The notes under the pieces: model-generated
What the model saw: only the letters and a program-made list of their open reading frames with translations
What the model was told of the DNA's origin: nothing
Database searches by the model: none
Program-made: the position numbers and the translations under genes
In this document: piece after piece, positions 15,296 through 23,910 of the stretch
Position numbering within the stretch: the stretch's first letter is position 1
Layout: every line of letters starts with the position of its first letter
Source: Nitrososphaera viennensis EN76
Lineage (GTDB): Archaea > Thermoproteota > Nitrososphaeria > Nitrososphaerales > Nitrososphaeraceae
DNA length: 32,000 bases
Direction of reading: 5' to 3'
Assembly: GCF_000698785.1 (NCBI RefSeq)
Contig: NZ_CP007536.1
Coordinates: forward strand, 90,001 to 122,000

Positions 15296-15877
15296 ATGGC
15301 AGAACCTGAAATCATCTTCCAGATCCTGAACAGCGAAGTCGTTGTGTTTGGAATAATCATGGGTGTCGTAGCTTTGCTTTCAAAAGTGATTGTCCCAAAG
15401 GTGCTGCCTGTCCTAAAAAAGATTCTGGACAAGCGGCAGCGCAAGGACGGCGATATGCCTGAGAGCCTTGGCACCCTCAAAGTGTTCATCAGAAGCGGCG
15501 ACCTGATAAAAGAAACGCGGGGCAGGATACTCAAGGACGGCTCGATAGCAGCCGACGGCAAGACGTGGGTAATTGAGCGGATCAGGCCGTACCTGCTAAC
15601 AAAGGGACGGAATTCAAGGCCGGCCGTAATTCTGGACGCAGACAAACAGGTGGAATACAGGTTCAAGGATGCCGTTGAAAGTAACAGTACTGATAAGCAG
15701 CAAGACATTGCCGGACAGGCCACAAACCCTCACCTGCTAAAGCAATTCTCAGACAGTATCGTGATCCAGAAACTGGCAGCCGCCAAGCCTGACAAAACAA
15801 TGATGTTCATGATGTTTATGATGGGGATGTTTGCGCTTATGATGCTTCAGCAATTCATTCCTAAAGGAGCGCCTTGA
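15296..15877 (+). CDS. Bitopic/two-TM membrane protein with a Met-rich C-terminal helix (track start GTG 15281)
   Basis: N-terminal TM 'VVVFGIIMGVVALLSKVIV'. C-terminal 'TMMFMMFMMGMFALMMLQQF'. The track start overlaps the stop of the upstream gene. Confidence 0.6.
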   Translation: MAEPEIIFQILNSEVVVFGIIMGVVALLSKVIVPKVLPVLKKILDKRQRKDGDMPESLGTLKVFIRSGDLIKETRGRILKDGSIAADGKTWVIERIRPYLLTKGRNSRPAVILDADKQVEYRFKDAVESNSTDKQQDIAGQATNPHLLKQFSDSIVIQKLAAAKPDKTMMFMMFMMGMFALMMLQQFIPKGAP

Positions 15878-15881
15878 AGGT

Positions 15882-16241
15882 ATGAGCGAGCCAAAGAAGG
15901 AGCTGAAAGACACAGAGCCCTGGACATCGGTAGTACTGGCAACAAAGGCCCTGACAAACCCGCAGGGCAACGAGATATTCACCCTGACTGAGCTGAACGA
16001 AAGCGAGATCAGATACGGTGTTCAGGCGTTAATTCTGGCGGACGCGTTCAAGACGGACCTTTTGACAAATGTGGTAGTCAACCTCGCAGTACTGAAAAGA
16101 AGCCGCGACAGAAAGGGAGAGTCCAGCGTCATCAAGCTTGTAAGGAACGCAAGTATGAAGATGATGCAGAATGTTCAGATGAGCAGGTTCAAGCGGGTCA
16201 TGTCAAACAGGGACGATTTCACCGACTATGACAAGGATTGA
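15882..16241 (+). CDS. Hypothetical soluble protein
   Basis: The ORF is 119 aa. It starts 5 nt after the upstream stop and overlaps the next gene by 14 nt, which suggests translational coupling. Confidence 0.6.
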   Translation: MSEPKKELKDTEPWTSVVLATKALTNPQGNEIFTLTELNESEIRYGVQALILADAFKTDLLTNVVVNLAVLKRSRDRKGESSVIKLVRNASMKMMQNVQMSRFKRVMSNRDDFTDYDKD

Positions 16242-16884
16242 CCAGCTGAGGGGTCAGGAGCGGCAGCTGACCAAGCTAATACGCAAATGGCACAAAGAAG
16301 GCGAGTTCAGGCTGGTTCTGATATATGGCACCGGCGGCATAGGCAAGACTAGCTACGCCATGCAGTGCGTCAAGCAGGTAGACCCTGACAATTACAGGCA
16401 GCGGTTCATCTTCCCGCCAAGGCAGTTTGTAGACACTGTGTCATGGCTGAAAAGCAACCGATTGAGAATACCTGCACTAGTATGGGATGACATGGGCTTT
16501 TGGATGTATACGCTGGACTATAACGACCCTTTTGTCAAGTCGGCTGTCAAGTTCTTTAATGTGGCAAGGACCGTTGTATCCTGCATTATTGGAACGACTA
16601 CAAGCATGAAGATGCTGACAAGCTCTGTCAGGAATATGGATGCCTTGACGGTCAAGGTCGTAGCAGCAAGGGATAATCCTTACACATCGTTGGCTAAAGG
16701 ATACAGAACATCATTGCAGCCAAACCTTATGCGGCTGGTCAAGACGGTGTTTGAAGACGAATACCCAAGGTACATGGAAGAGGATGACTACCTATGGTAC
16801 AAACCAGTTCGAGACAGCTACGTGAACGAGGCTATCCGCCTAATGCAAGAATCCTTGGATAAGAGGTCTGAAATTAGCAGTTAA
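16228..16884 (+). CDS. P-loop NTPase (Walker A/B; spacing reminiscent of DnaC/IstB-type AAA+ proteins)
   Basis: Walker A 'GTGGIGKT' (nt 16327-16350). Walker B 'ALVWDD' lies 47 residues after the P-loop lysine. Confidence 0.8.
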   Translation: MTRIDQLRGQERQLTKLIRKWHKEGEFRLVLIYGTGGIGKTSYAMQCVKQVDPDNYRQRFIFPPRQFVDTVSWLKSNRLRIPALVWDDMGFWMYTLDYNDPFVKSAVKFFNVARTVVSCIIGTTTSMKMLTSSVRNMDALTVKVVAARDNPYTSLAKGYRTSLQPNLMRLVKTVFEDEYPRYMEEDDYLWYKPVRDSYVNEAIRLMQESLDKRSEISS

Positions 16885-16890
16885 CGTTGT

Positions 16891-16915
16891 AGGCTGTTTT
16901 TTGTTATTACAGCCT
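16891..16915. terminator. Hairpin plus T-tract between convergent genes (possible bidirectional terminator)
   Basis: AGGCTGT (16891-16897) and ACAGCCT (16909-16915) are separated by the loop TTTTTGTTATT. The hairpin sits between the stop at 16882-16884 (+) and the stop at 16907-16909 (-). Confidence 0.45.
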
Positions 16916-18937
16916 GAGATGAATCTTAATTCTCTTGTAATTTGCGTAAAGACTGACAGGATTGATTTCAGCTGCTCGTGCAATCTCCTTGGCACTGCTG
17001 CGATGTGCTTCTCCAGACATTATCACTGCCACATGAACGGCGGCGGCTGCCGTGGCTTTTGGGCTGCGACCTCCAAGCAAATTTGCATTATTTAGCCTGT
17101 CAACAATCTCTCTAGCTTTCTGTTTTGCGTGTTCTGAAAGACCCAGTTTTATCGAAATACTGTCTACAGATTGGATGGCCTTCTCGTAGGTGCTCAGCTG
17201 AGCGTTACTTGGTATATTGAGAACTATGCGTTCTTTTGGATCCAGATACACTTCATTTCCTTGCTTTTTCTTCTTCAGGAATCCTTTCTTTTCCAGATAA
17301 TCTACTCTGTTGCGGATCATTTTTTCCGTAATGTCTCCGCCATGCAGTGCAGATATCACATCGGTCAGAGTCTTGCCACCATCACGTATCTGCCTTCCTA
17401 TTTCATAATCAAGGACGTGTCTGAGCAGCTTTCTGTAAAATGGAGCGCGTATCCCGGTCTGCTCATAGAGGTAGTCTAGACTTTCCAGCAGGACTACAGA
17501 GAACCTTTCAAATCTATCTTTCTCCTGTCTCTCCATTTCATCCCATACAACCTGCCAGTCAAACCCTGAGCTCTGTGCAAGCCGGGCCATATCCTGTACG
17601 TCTCCTTCCCGGAGCGTTAGCCCTTTCATGAGGAATACATCTTCGTTTGCCATGATTCCAAGTTTCACCTTGCCGTGTACTTCGATCTTGGCTCGCTTTT
17701 TCATCCTGCCTGAAAGCGCAAGCTTGCGTGCAACGATTCTTGTAAAGATATCCACCCTGCTTCTTGCAGGATGCTCCAAGATATCTGATGCAGCTATTCT
17801 CTGATCGTCTGCTGACAGCCTTGATTTGTTAACAGATGTATAGCCCAGCTTCTTCAGTGTCTCTACGATGTGATTGAAAGACCTCTCATCCTGGACTACC
17901 AAGTCGCAATCCTTGGTTCGCGGCTTCAAGCCCTTGAGCCGCATGTTTTCGCCACCCAGCAGGTACGCTTCGGTCTCTGAAGGGATGTTTTGACCTATGT
18001 CTTTAAACAGGTCCGGGTAGGCTACAGGAAGCGTGTAGCTCTCTGTCGGAATGTCATAGAGCCTTGCCTTCTCTTCAAATTCTTGCCAGGGCAGAAACAG
18101 ATTCTGGTTTTTCACAGGTGTGTTCCGTAGGTAGCCTTCTATGTCCACCCACACGTCTGATATCATGTAATCTCTGGCTACCTTGCGGAGGGCCAGCGGG
18201 TCGAGTTTCTGCTTGTTCTTCAGATAGAATATCATGGCCATTACGATGCCGTGCTTGTCCTGCTCTTTGCTCGCCGCAAGCACGGCGTGTATAAGAGCTT
18301 CTGCAAGCTGAAGTGGCGTGTCCTGCTCGATATAGTAGTCATGCGTTGTGTGATATTCTACGCCGTAATCGGGAAAAAGCGAAAAACCGGTGAGCTCTCC
18401 ATCTACCCGCTTGCCTTTTGGAACCTTCTTTAAGGTCCTAGCAAGATCTTGATAGATTATTTCCGCGTACGGCTCGACGTGTTTTTTTTCGCTTTCTGTC
18501 TTCAGATATTCCGCATATAGGTAAAGCGGCTCAAAATACCTGTTCAGATTTACTTTGCCCTTTTCATCCCTTCGGACCACACCAATGGATTCCAGCTCGG
18601 ATATTGCTCTTTGAACAGTCCTAAGCGACAGGCCAGTCAACCTCTGAATATTATTGATCGTTTTTGGCTCGGTCAGATTCTGGAACACCAGCTCATTTGA
18701 ATCGTGGAGCAGCTTTTCGACATCGAACTTGGACGCAACATCCCTGAAGAGGATTGTTTTTGAATTCGCCTTGAAGGTTATGGACGAGTCAGTCTTTTCT
18801 ATGTAATCCTGATTAGCAAGATCCCTTACCAAGTTGTTAAACTGCCATTCCCTGATCCCAATAATGTTCATTAGCTCTTTTGGATTAGATGCTCCATCCC
18901 TTACTGCCTTGAGCAGTGCTATTGCCGAAGGGTTCAT
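16907..18937 (-). CDS. Multidomain fusion: wHTH x2, Pol-beta-type nucleotidyltransferase domain, wHTH, C-terminal TFB/TFIIB-like cyclin fold
   Basis: NTase signature 'LLGGENMRLKGLKPRTKDCDLVV' fits hG[GS]-x13-D-x-D (nt 17894-17962), followed downstream by 'LMKGLTLREGDVQDMARL'. The C-terminus 'AKQKAREIVDRLNNANLLGGRSPKATAAAAVHVAVIMSGEAHRSSAKEIARAAEINPVSLYANYKRI' (nt ~16910-17170) matches the TFB cyclin-repeat pattern (G[RK]SP...AAAA.Y.A...GE...T..E.A....V...T.RNRYK). wHTH-like segments lie at aa 5-55, 84-132 and 517-567. Confidence 0.85.
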   Translation of the reverse strand: MNPSAIALLKAVRDGASNPKELMNIIGIREWQFNNLVRDLANQDYIEKTDSSITFKANSKTILFRDVASKFDVEKLLHDSNELVFQNLTEPKTINNIQRLTGLSLRTVQRAISELESIGVVRRDEKGKVNLNRYFEPLYLYAEYLKTESEKKHVEPYAEIIYQDLARTLKKVPKGKRVDGELTGFSLFPDYGVEYHTTHDYYIEQDTPLQLAEALIHAVLAASKEQDKHGIVMAMIFYLKNKQKLDPLALRKVARDYMISDVWVDIEGYLRNTPVKNQNLFLPWQEFEEKARLYDIPTESYTLPVAYPDLFKDIGQNIPSETEAYLLGGENMRLKGLKPRTKDCDLVVQDERSFNHIVETLKKLGYTSVNKSRLSADDQRIAASDILEHPARSRVDIFTRIVARKLALSGRMKKRAKIEVHGKVKLGIMANEDVFLMKGLTLREGDVQDMARLAQSSGFDWQVVWDEMERQEKDRFERFSVVLLESLDYLYEQTGIRAPFYRKLLRHVLDYEIGRQIRDGGKTLTDVISALHGGDITEKMIRNRVDYLEKKGFLKKKKQGNEVYLDPKERIVLNIPSNAQLSTYEKAIQSVDSISIKLGLSEHAKQKAREIVDRLNNANLLGGRSPKATAAAAVHVAVIMSGEAHRSSAKEIARAAEINPVSLYANYKRIKIHLRL

Positions 18938-18966
18938 TGCCTTTCAGTGTCATATAATCACGTACA

Positions 18967-18978
18967 TTTATATAAATA
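18967..18978 (-). promoter_or_regulatory. Archaeal TATA-box-like element for the 16907-18937 gene
   Basis: The minus strand reads TATTTATATAAA about 30-40 nt upstream of ATG 18937. No Shine-Dalgarno site is present, which is consistent with a short or leaderless 5' end. Confidence 0.5.
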
Positions 18979-19059
18979 TGTGCTTGGATGACACTGAAAC
19001 TACTAAAGCCGGAACGAGTGGACCGACAGCATTCGCTCCGAACATAGAAATGAATTGAT

Positions 19060-20400
19060 TCAGGAGGGTTTATTCCTGACCAAAGTTTCTATCTTTCTCC
19101 AAAAATCATCTGCAAAAGACAATACTTCTTCATCCTCCCATCCTCTGCCATGTAACCTTAGCTTCACATCACTGTATACCCTTTTTCCTTCCGTGGTATC
19201 ATAACCTATAAAACACGTCCTCCTTTTCTCGTCTCTGGCTACAATTGTACTTGACAGTTCATTGACCTTGAATCCTTTCGACCTCAGCCACTCGTTTACT
19301 CCAGGAATTATTTGCCCAATCTCTGATAATTTCTTCTTGAAAGATTTTGTTTCAACCTTCTTCACCGGCTCATTATAGTATTCCTCTTCCCAGTCATGCA
19401 GGATTAGTGCATCACCGTACTTTCTTATTAGTTCGTCCTGCAGGCTCTTGAGCTCATCAATAATATCTGTCACTCTATTGAAATTGTTAAAGGATAGAAC
19501 AGCTTCATCCAGACCTATTTCTGTAATTGTCTTTAATCCCTTAATGACATCTCTTCTAATCCTGAACTGCCTTACTGCTTCATTCAATTCCTCTGCTGTA
19601 TCGCCAGTGTATTTTCCGTAGTCATATTCGGAGTATCTATAGCTCATATTGCGTGTTATGCTCTCAAGACCCCGTCCTAGATTCTTCATTCTTTCTGGCC
19701 CTATTGCTTTGTGTTTTAACAGAACCTCTCTCAGAACTCTTGGATTGTCTTTGCAAATTCTTCTAATCGCGTTTTTCGCATAGTCGAATAACGACTTTTT
19801 CTGGTCGTCAAGAAGGTTCTCAAGTGCCGGAATATGCATTACGCTACCTTGCCTTTCTATGATATCTATTGCATATTCTTTTAGGTCATCATCGGTACTC
19901 TTGGCAAGAGTATCCAGAGCTGCTGTGATGGCATCCGGAGATGGAATACCCCGTAATGTATCCAGTATGTACATTACAAGGATTACATTGTCTTGGTTTT
20001 GATGCAATGCCTCTACGAGCATAGGAACCGCCGCCGTTCCAATTTTTTGGAGCGAGGATACCGTATGTTCTCCGATACTATCATCAAATTCAACCTTGAA
20101 CAGCTTGATTAGTTCGGGCACAGCACTAGGATCTTTGATTTCTCCAAGAATATCAACAATAAACTGAGCGTACAATTCGTAGGATTCATTCTTTTGGTAA
20201 TCCTGGAGTTCTTGTGTCAGTTTGGGAACTGCTTGTTTACCTAACGCGATAAGGCCCTCTATTGATTTTTGTGGGATGAGTGAAGCGTCCATATCCTTGA
20301 TATCGGATATATCGTCATCTACATGAAGACCTGCTATGAGTTCGCTAATGGACCAATCCTCTTTCATGACGCAGAAATTTGTGCGGTTGTTAAAGAACAT
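19060..20400 (-). CDS. HEAT-repeat (PBS-lyase-type) protein with an uncharacterised C-terminal half
   Basis: Repeated 'AVPxL...L.......V....IL..LG.I.D' units occur: 'AVPKLTQELQD', 'DPSAVPELIKLFK', 'GTAAVPMLVEALHQNQD', 'SPDAITAALDTLAKSTDDD'. The gene lies 122 nt upstream of the NTase-TFB fusion gene and is co-directional with it. Confidence 0.75.
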   Translation of the reverse strand: MFFNNRTNFCVMKEDWSISELIAGLHVDDDISDIKDMDASLIPQKSIEGLIALGKQAVPKLTQELQDYQKNESYELYAQFIVDILGEIKDPSAVPELIKLFKVEFDDSIGEHTVSSLQKIGTAAVPMLVEALHQNQDNVILVMYILDTLRGIPSPDAITAALDTLAKSTDDDLKEYAIDIIERQGSVMHIPALENLLDDQKKSLFDYAKNAIRRICKDNPRVLREVLLKHKAIGPERMKNLGRGLESITRNMSYRYSEYDYGKYTGDTAEELNEAVRQFRIRRDVIKGLKTITEIGLDEAVLSFNNFNRVTDIIDELKSLQDELIRKYGDALILHDWEEEYYNEPVKKVETKSFKKKLSEIGQIIPGVNEWLRSKGFKVNELSSTIVARDEKRRTCFIGYDTTEGKRVYSDVKLRLHGRGWEDEEVLSFADDFWRKIETLVRNKPS

Positions 20401-20506
20401 TTTTCTATGGACTTAAGTTTTCAAAGTCGATGTATATAACACTGTGTATCGCTTCAACATGCACCGTGCTAAAGTCTTATTCTGAACTGTTCTTGCATTA
20501 TTATTC

Positions 20507-20722
20507 ATGGCTACAAAACCAAACAAGCAAACCAAGCGGGCAGCCATGATGGGATTTTTGGCAGCACTTGGAGCGATTGCAGCCTACCTGATGCCGACGC
20601 CGGCGTATGCCCAGACTACGGGAACGATGGACATGACGCCGCTGGTGTCGGTGATAGTTGCAATCATCCCGGTGTTCATCATGATAGCCTTGCTTGACAA
20701 GCTGATGGGGAAGTTCCGGTGA
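20507..20722 (+). CDS. 71-aa hydrophobic protein: signal-peptide-like helix (AYA|Q) plus one TM helix and a basic C-terminus
   Basis: 'MATKPNKQTKRAAMMGFLAALGAIAAYLMPTPAYAQTTGTMDMTPLVSVIVAIIPVFIMIALLDKLMGKFR'. It is the first gene of a co-directional secretome cassette. Confidence 0.6.
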   Translation: MATKPNKQTKRAAMMGFLAALGAIAAYLMPTPAYAQTTGTMDMTPLVSVIVAIIPVFIMIALLDKLMGKFR

Positions 20723-20728
20723 CAGACT

Positions 20729-21409
20729 ATGAACCGAGACAGCATAATGACAGCAGCATTTGTGGTGCTTGTCCTCCTGACAGCCACATCGCAAGTTGCA
20801 TATGCATTGCCAAGCCCAATACAGTTCCAGCGCAGCATCCCCTTCTCCGTGTTCAACACTACGTCGGCAACGGTCTACACGGCAGACAAGCCTATCTCGC
20901 CGCCCTTTGAGATAGATATCGTGAACCAGCTGACCTACAACTCGACAGGGACTAAAGCGGCGGGAGTAAAGTTCCAAGACGCGACTACGGGTTCCATGAA
21001 TGCGCTGGAGATAAAGACGTACAACAACAAGGCAATCGACATACTGTGGACCGACAAGACCACCGGCTCAACTACAAAGATAGGCGGGATGGCAGGTGAA
21101 GAGCAGCAGTCATTTCCAAAGGAGATTATAATCGAGAACCAAGGCTCGTCTCTCAGCATAAAGCTTGCAGACGGCACAGTCATCATCGACAGCTTTGTGC
21201 TGCCAAGCAACTTCAAGATACTGGCAGTAAGTGCCTTTGGAAATGAAGCTAGCGTTGCGTCTGACGGCTTTATCACTGTCTACGTAGGAGGATTAAGCCC
21301 GACAAAGATGGTCAGCGTCAGCGTGAACGTGATGGTGCCGCTGCTAACCGCAATAGTGACAATAGGAATAGTTTTCACCCTCTTCAGCAAACTAAAGAAC
21401 AAGATATGA
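20729..21409 (+). CDS. Secreted protein with a C-terminal TM anchor
   Basis: N-terminal signal 'MTAAFVVLVLLTATSQVAYALP'. C-terminal 'VMVPLLTAIVTIGIVFTLFSKLKNKI'. The stop overlaps the next start (ATGA at 21406-21409). Confidence 0.7.
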   Translation: MNRDSIMTAAFVVLVLLTATSQVAYALPSPIQFQRSIPFSVFNTTSATVYTADKPISPPFEIDIVNQLTYNSTGTKAAGVKFQDATTGSMNALEIKTYNNKAIDILWTDKTTGSTTKIGGMAGEEQQSFPKEIIIENQGSSLSIKLADGTVIIDSFVLPSNFKILAVSAFGNEASVASDGFITVYVGGLSPTKMVSVSVNVMVPLLTAIVTIGIVFTLFSKLKNKI

Positions 21410-22317
21410 TGGCAGCGCACCACCACTCCTCTTTTTTGTTAATCGCATTGGTCGCAATTGTGATTGCAGCTGTAGCAGGTCTAACTGACTCTGCCACCGG
21501 CGCAAACCCTGTTTTCAATTCTACCCGTGCTTACGATTACATTGCCAGCAACTACAATTCCACCTACGGCTTGGTGAGAGAAAATGAGAATATTGACAGG
21601 TACTGGCTGTGGACTGATAACCTGCTTGCAAGTCACGTCTTGAAGGAATATGATTATGCAAAGTCAGCAAACATGACTGCCACAATCAGGCACTACAACG
21701 AGCTTTATGACTTGGATTTCAGACATCCTGTAGGTTCACTGCTGGACCAGGTAGCCTACTTTAATTCTGTCACGGACAAGAGCGTGACAGGAAATGTATG
21801 GATCTCAGATTCTGATGGCTCTGTCGAGCTTGAATGTAGCGACTATGGAGACATTGCCTTTTACAAATCGATTTACTACTACAGGGCAGGTATGACGGAT
21901 AAAGCAAAGTCCTGTTACGAGATGGGTGCTGCAATGTTTGACGGCATCGGGATAAGGGACAAGGCGTTTGAGCCTGATGGCCAGAGGTACAGCACCTACA
22001 AGATGGCTCTCTGGCAGATAGCCAGCAACATGACTGGCTTTGGAGAAGCAAAGGAGGCCATGACAATCATTTCGTACATGCAAGACTCCACAACCGGCGG
22101 GGTGTATACACACTATCGCGCAAATATACTGCCTGACAGCCAGACCAATGTTGAAACTACTTCGCTTGCAATACTGGCAGACAAAGGAATGTCTTTTCCT
22201 CCGACTTCAAAGCAGACTGACCCTACAACAACAAGTGCACCACCCATTGAATTGTTGGTGGGAGTGTTCGTTGCAGCAGGACTGGCCGTGATCTTGGTAA
22301 AACGGTTTTGGCGTTAA
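21406..22317 (+). CDS. Membrane-anchored extracellular protein, probably alpha-helical repeat
   Basis: N-terminal TM/signal 'SFLLIALVAIVIAAVAGL'. C-terminal TM 'LLVGVFVAAGLAVILVKRFWR'. Several N-x-S/T sequons are present. 'RYWLWTDNLLASHVL' and 'YKMALWQIA' look like helical repeats, but the fold is not established. Confidence 0.7.
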   Translation: MMAAHHHSSFLLIALVAIVIAAVAGLTDSATGANPVFNSTRAYDYIASNYNSTYGLVRENENIDRYWLWTDNLLASHVLKEYDYAKSANMTATIRHYNELYDLDFRHPVGSLLDQVAYFNSVTDKSVTGNVWISDSDGSVELECSDYGDIAFYKSIYYYRAGMTDKAKSCYEMGAAMFDGIGIRDKAFEPDGQRYSTYKMALWQIASNMTGFGEAKEAMTIISYMQDSTTGGVYTHYRANILPDSQTNVETTSLAILADKGMSFPPTSKQTDPTTTSAPPIELLVGVFVAAGLAVILVKRFWR

Positions 22318-22367
22318 AAATGAACGGTTATCAAATGTAATATTGAACTGTTACCAACTAGGTCTGT

Positions 22368-23879
22368 ATGCGTGAAAACGCATACAACGCAAAACCAAAA
22401 GTCGCACTAGCCTTCGCGGCTATTGCGCTGGTTCTGTCAGCCTCACTTTTTGTACCTGTACAACAGGCGGAGGCTGCCAAGCCAACACACAGCGACATCC
22501 AGACGGCGCTGAACCTGGCAAACGGCTACATCAACTCCCTGTACAAGGACGCGTCACCTGATGAAGTGGGATCTAGCACCCATGCGGTAATGGCAGAGTA
22601 CCCGTCCATACCTATCCGCGTCGTTCAGTCTGACGGTCGCGTGATAAGGGCGGGCGAGGACGTGGACATCAAGGTTGGCTGGAAAACAAACTACATCTCT
22701 GACCTAACCGAAGTCTCGAGCGACACTATCAAATACAGACTACGGTTCCGCGCTCTTGACATAGGTGGTGCTGCTGTAGACAAAGCCCCGATGCTTGAGA
22801 TAACCGTCGATTATGTCTATGGAGCAAACAATAACGTCAAGGTAGACATCAAAAACTATCTCTGGGAGACCACCGCGAACATCTCTTGGGCAGACATCTA
22901 TCTCGGTAGCACCTACATAGGCCGCGCAACCCCGTCCAACGTTGGAACCACATGGACATACACCTCAAGCGTGAATCACGGCAACGATGTCTTCTTCAGG
23001 TCGTTCCGTTACATCGAGAGGCACGGCACACAACTAGGTCGCGAATACTACAATGCAATAGGACAGACAAGCAAGGGCACAGAGTTAGCGAGCAGGCTGA
23101 CGGCTGAAGGCTATACTCTGGGCAAAGACATCTACTCTCCAATGTTTGGCAGTGGAACCTCGCAGTCAAACAACTTCCTGTATGAATCAGGGTCCAGCGG
23201 AGTATACCGGGACTGCTATACCGAGCCTGCTATGAGGAACAGGTCGTACCAGTACCATAGCAAGGTCTGCAATGGCGTCGACGCGTACATCATCTACAGC
23301 AGGTCAAGCGACTGGCTCGTTCCTACGCTGTGGGCTATCCACCTGCTTAACAAGGGCGTAGGCGCGGACGTTCCGGTATACGATGGCTACAACACATGGT
23401 CCCCGCGTCAAGTGGCTAGATTCGCGGAGAGCAAGTGGATCGCAGACATCGGCATCCAGTCGCCGGCAAGCAGCAGCCATGCAAGCGCAGTCAGGACAGC
23501 CGCGTTCTTGGTTCTTGAAACCAAGTTGGGCTACGGGTCCGTGAACGACGCGACAAGCAGGACATATGCAGACAAGGCCGCAAGTGCACTGCTGAACCCG
23601 CAGGTCAAGGCTAACGGCAACGTCATTCGCGAGAACGAAAACGGCTCGCAGACCACGCTGATAAGGCCGGTGCATGAGGGCGGATTCTATACCGCATGGA
23701 ACGGCTTTAACTACGTGGCAAAGAAGTCAGTCCTGCAAAACATAGCAGATGCCTTCAACCAGTCCGACGAGACCATAGACATCAAGCCGTCAAATGCGGA
23801 ATCGACTATCACTATAGCGCAGGCCCTCCGCGTGTTTGACTGCTACAACTATGGGTACAACTGCACAAACGTTCCATAG
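22368..23879 (+). CDS. Large secreted protein of unknown function
   Basis: Signal peptide 'KVALAFAAIALVLSASLFVPVQQAEAAKP'. The ORF is 503 aa and I recognise no motifs in it. Confidence 0.8.
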   Translation: MRENAYNAKPKVALAFAAIALVLSASLFVPVQQAEAAKPTHSDIQTALNLANGYINSLYKDASPDEVGSSTHAVMAEYPSIPIRVVQSDGRVIRAGEDVDIKVGWKTNYISDLTEVSSDTIKYRLRFRALDIGGAAVDKAPMLEITVDYVYGANNNVKVDIKNYLWETTANISWADIYLGSTYIGRATPSNVGTTWTYTSSVNHGNDVFFRSFRYIERHGTQLGREYYNAIGQTSKGTELASRLTAEGYTLGKDIYSPMFGSGTSQSNNFLYESGSSGVYRDCYTEPAMRNRSYQYHSKVCNGVDAYIIYSRSSDWLVPTLWAIHLLNKGVGADVPVYDGYNTWSPRQVARFAESKWIADIGIQSPASSSHASAVRTAAFLVLETKLGYGSVNDATSRTYADKAASALLNPQVKANGNVIRENENGSQTTLIRPVHEGGFYTAWNGFNYVAKKSVLQNIADAFNQSDETIDIKPSNAESTITIAQALRVFDCYNYGYNCTNVP

Positions 23880-23910
23880 GGAAGGCTTTTTACCTTCCTT
23901 TTCCTTTTTT
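23880..23910 (+). terminator. Hairpin followed by an oligo-T tract, immediately after the 503-aa gene
   Basis: GGAAGG (23880-23885) and CCTTCC (23893-23898) are separated by the loop CTTTTTA, followed by TTTTCCTTTTTT (23899-23910). Oligo-T tracts are the known archaeal termination signal. Confidence 0.6.

Noticed and set aside
20501-20977. 158-aa minus-strand ORF rich in Cys/His/Arg
   Set aside because: It overlaps two plus-strand genes that have clean signal-peptide and TM features. Its composition is typical of an antisense artefact.
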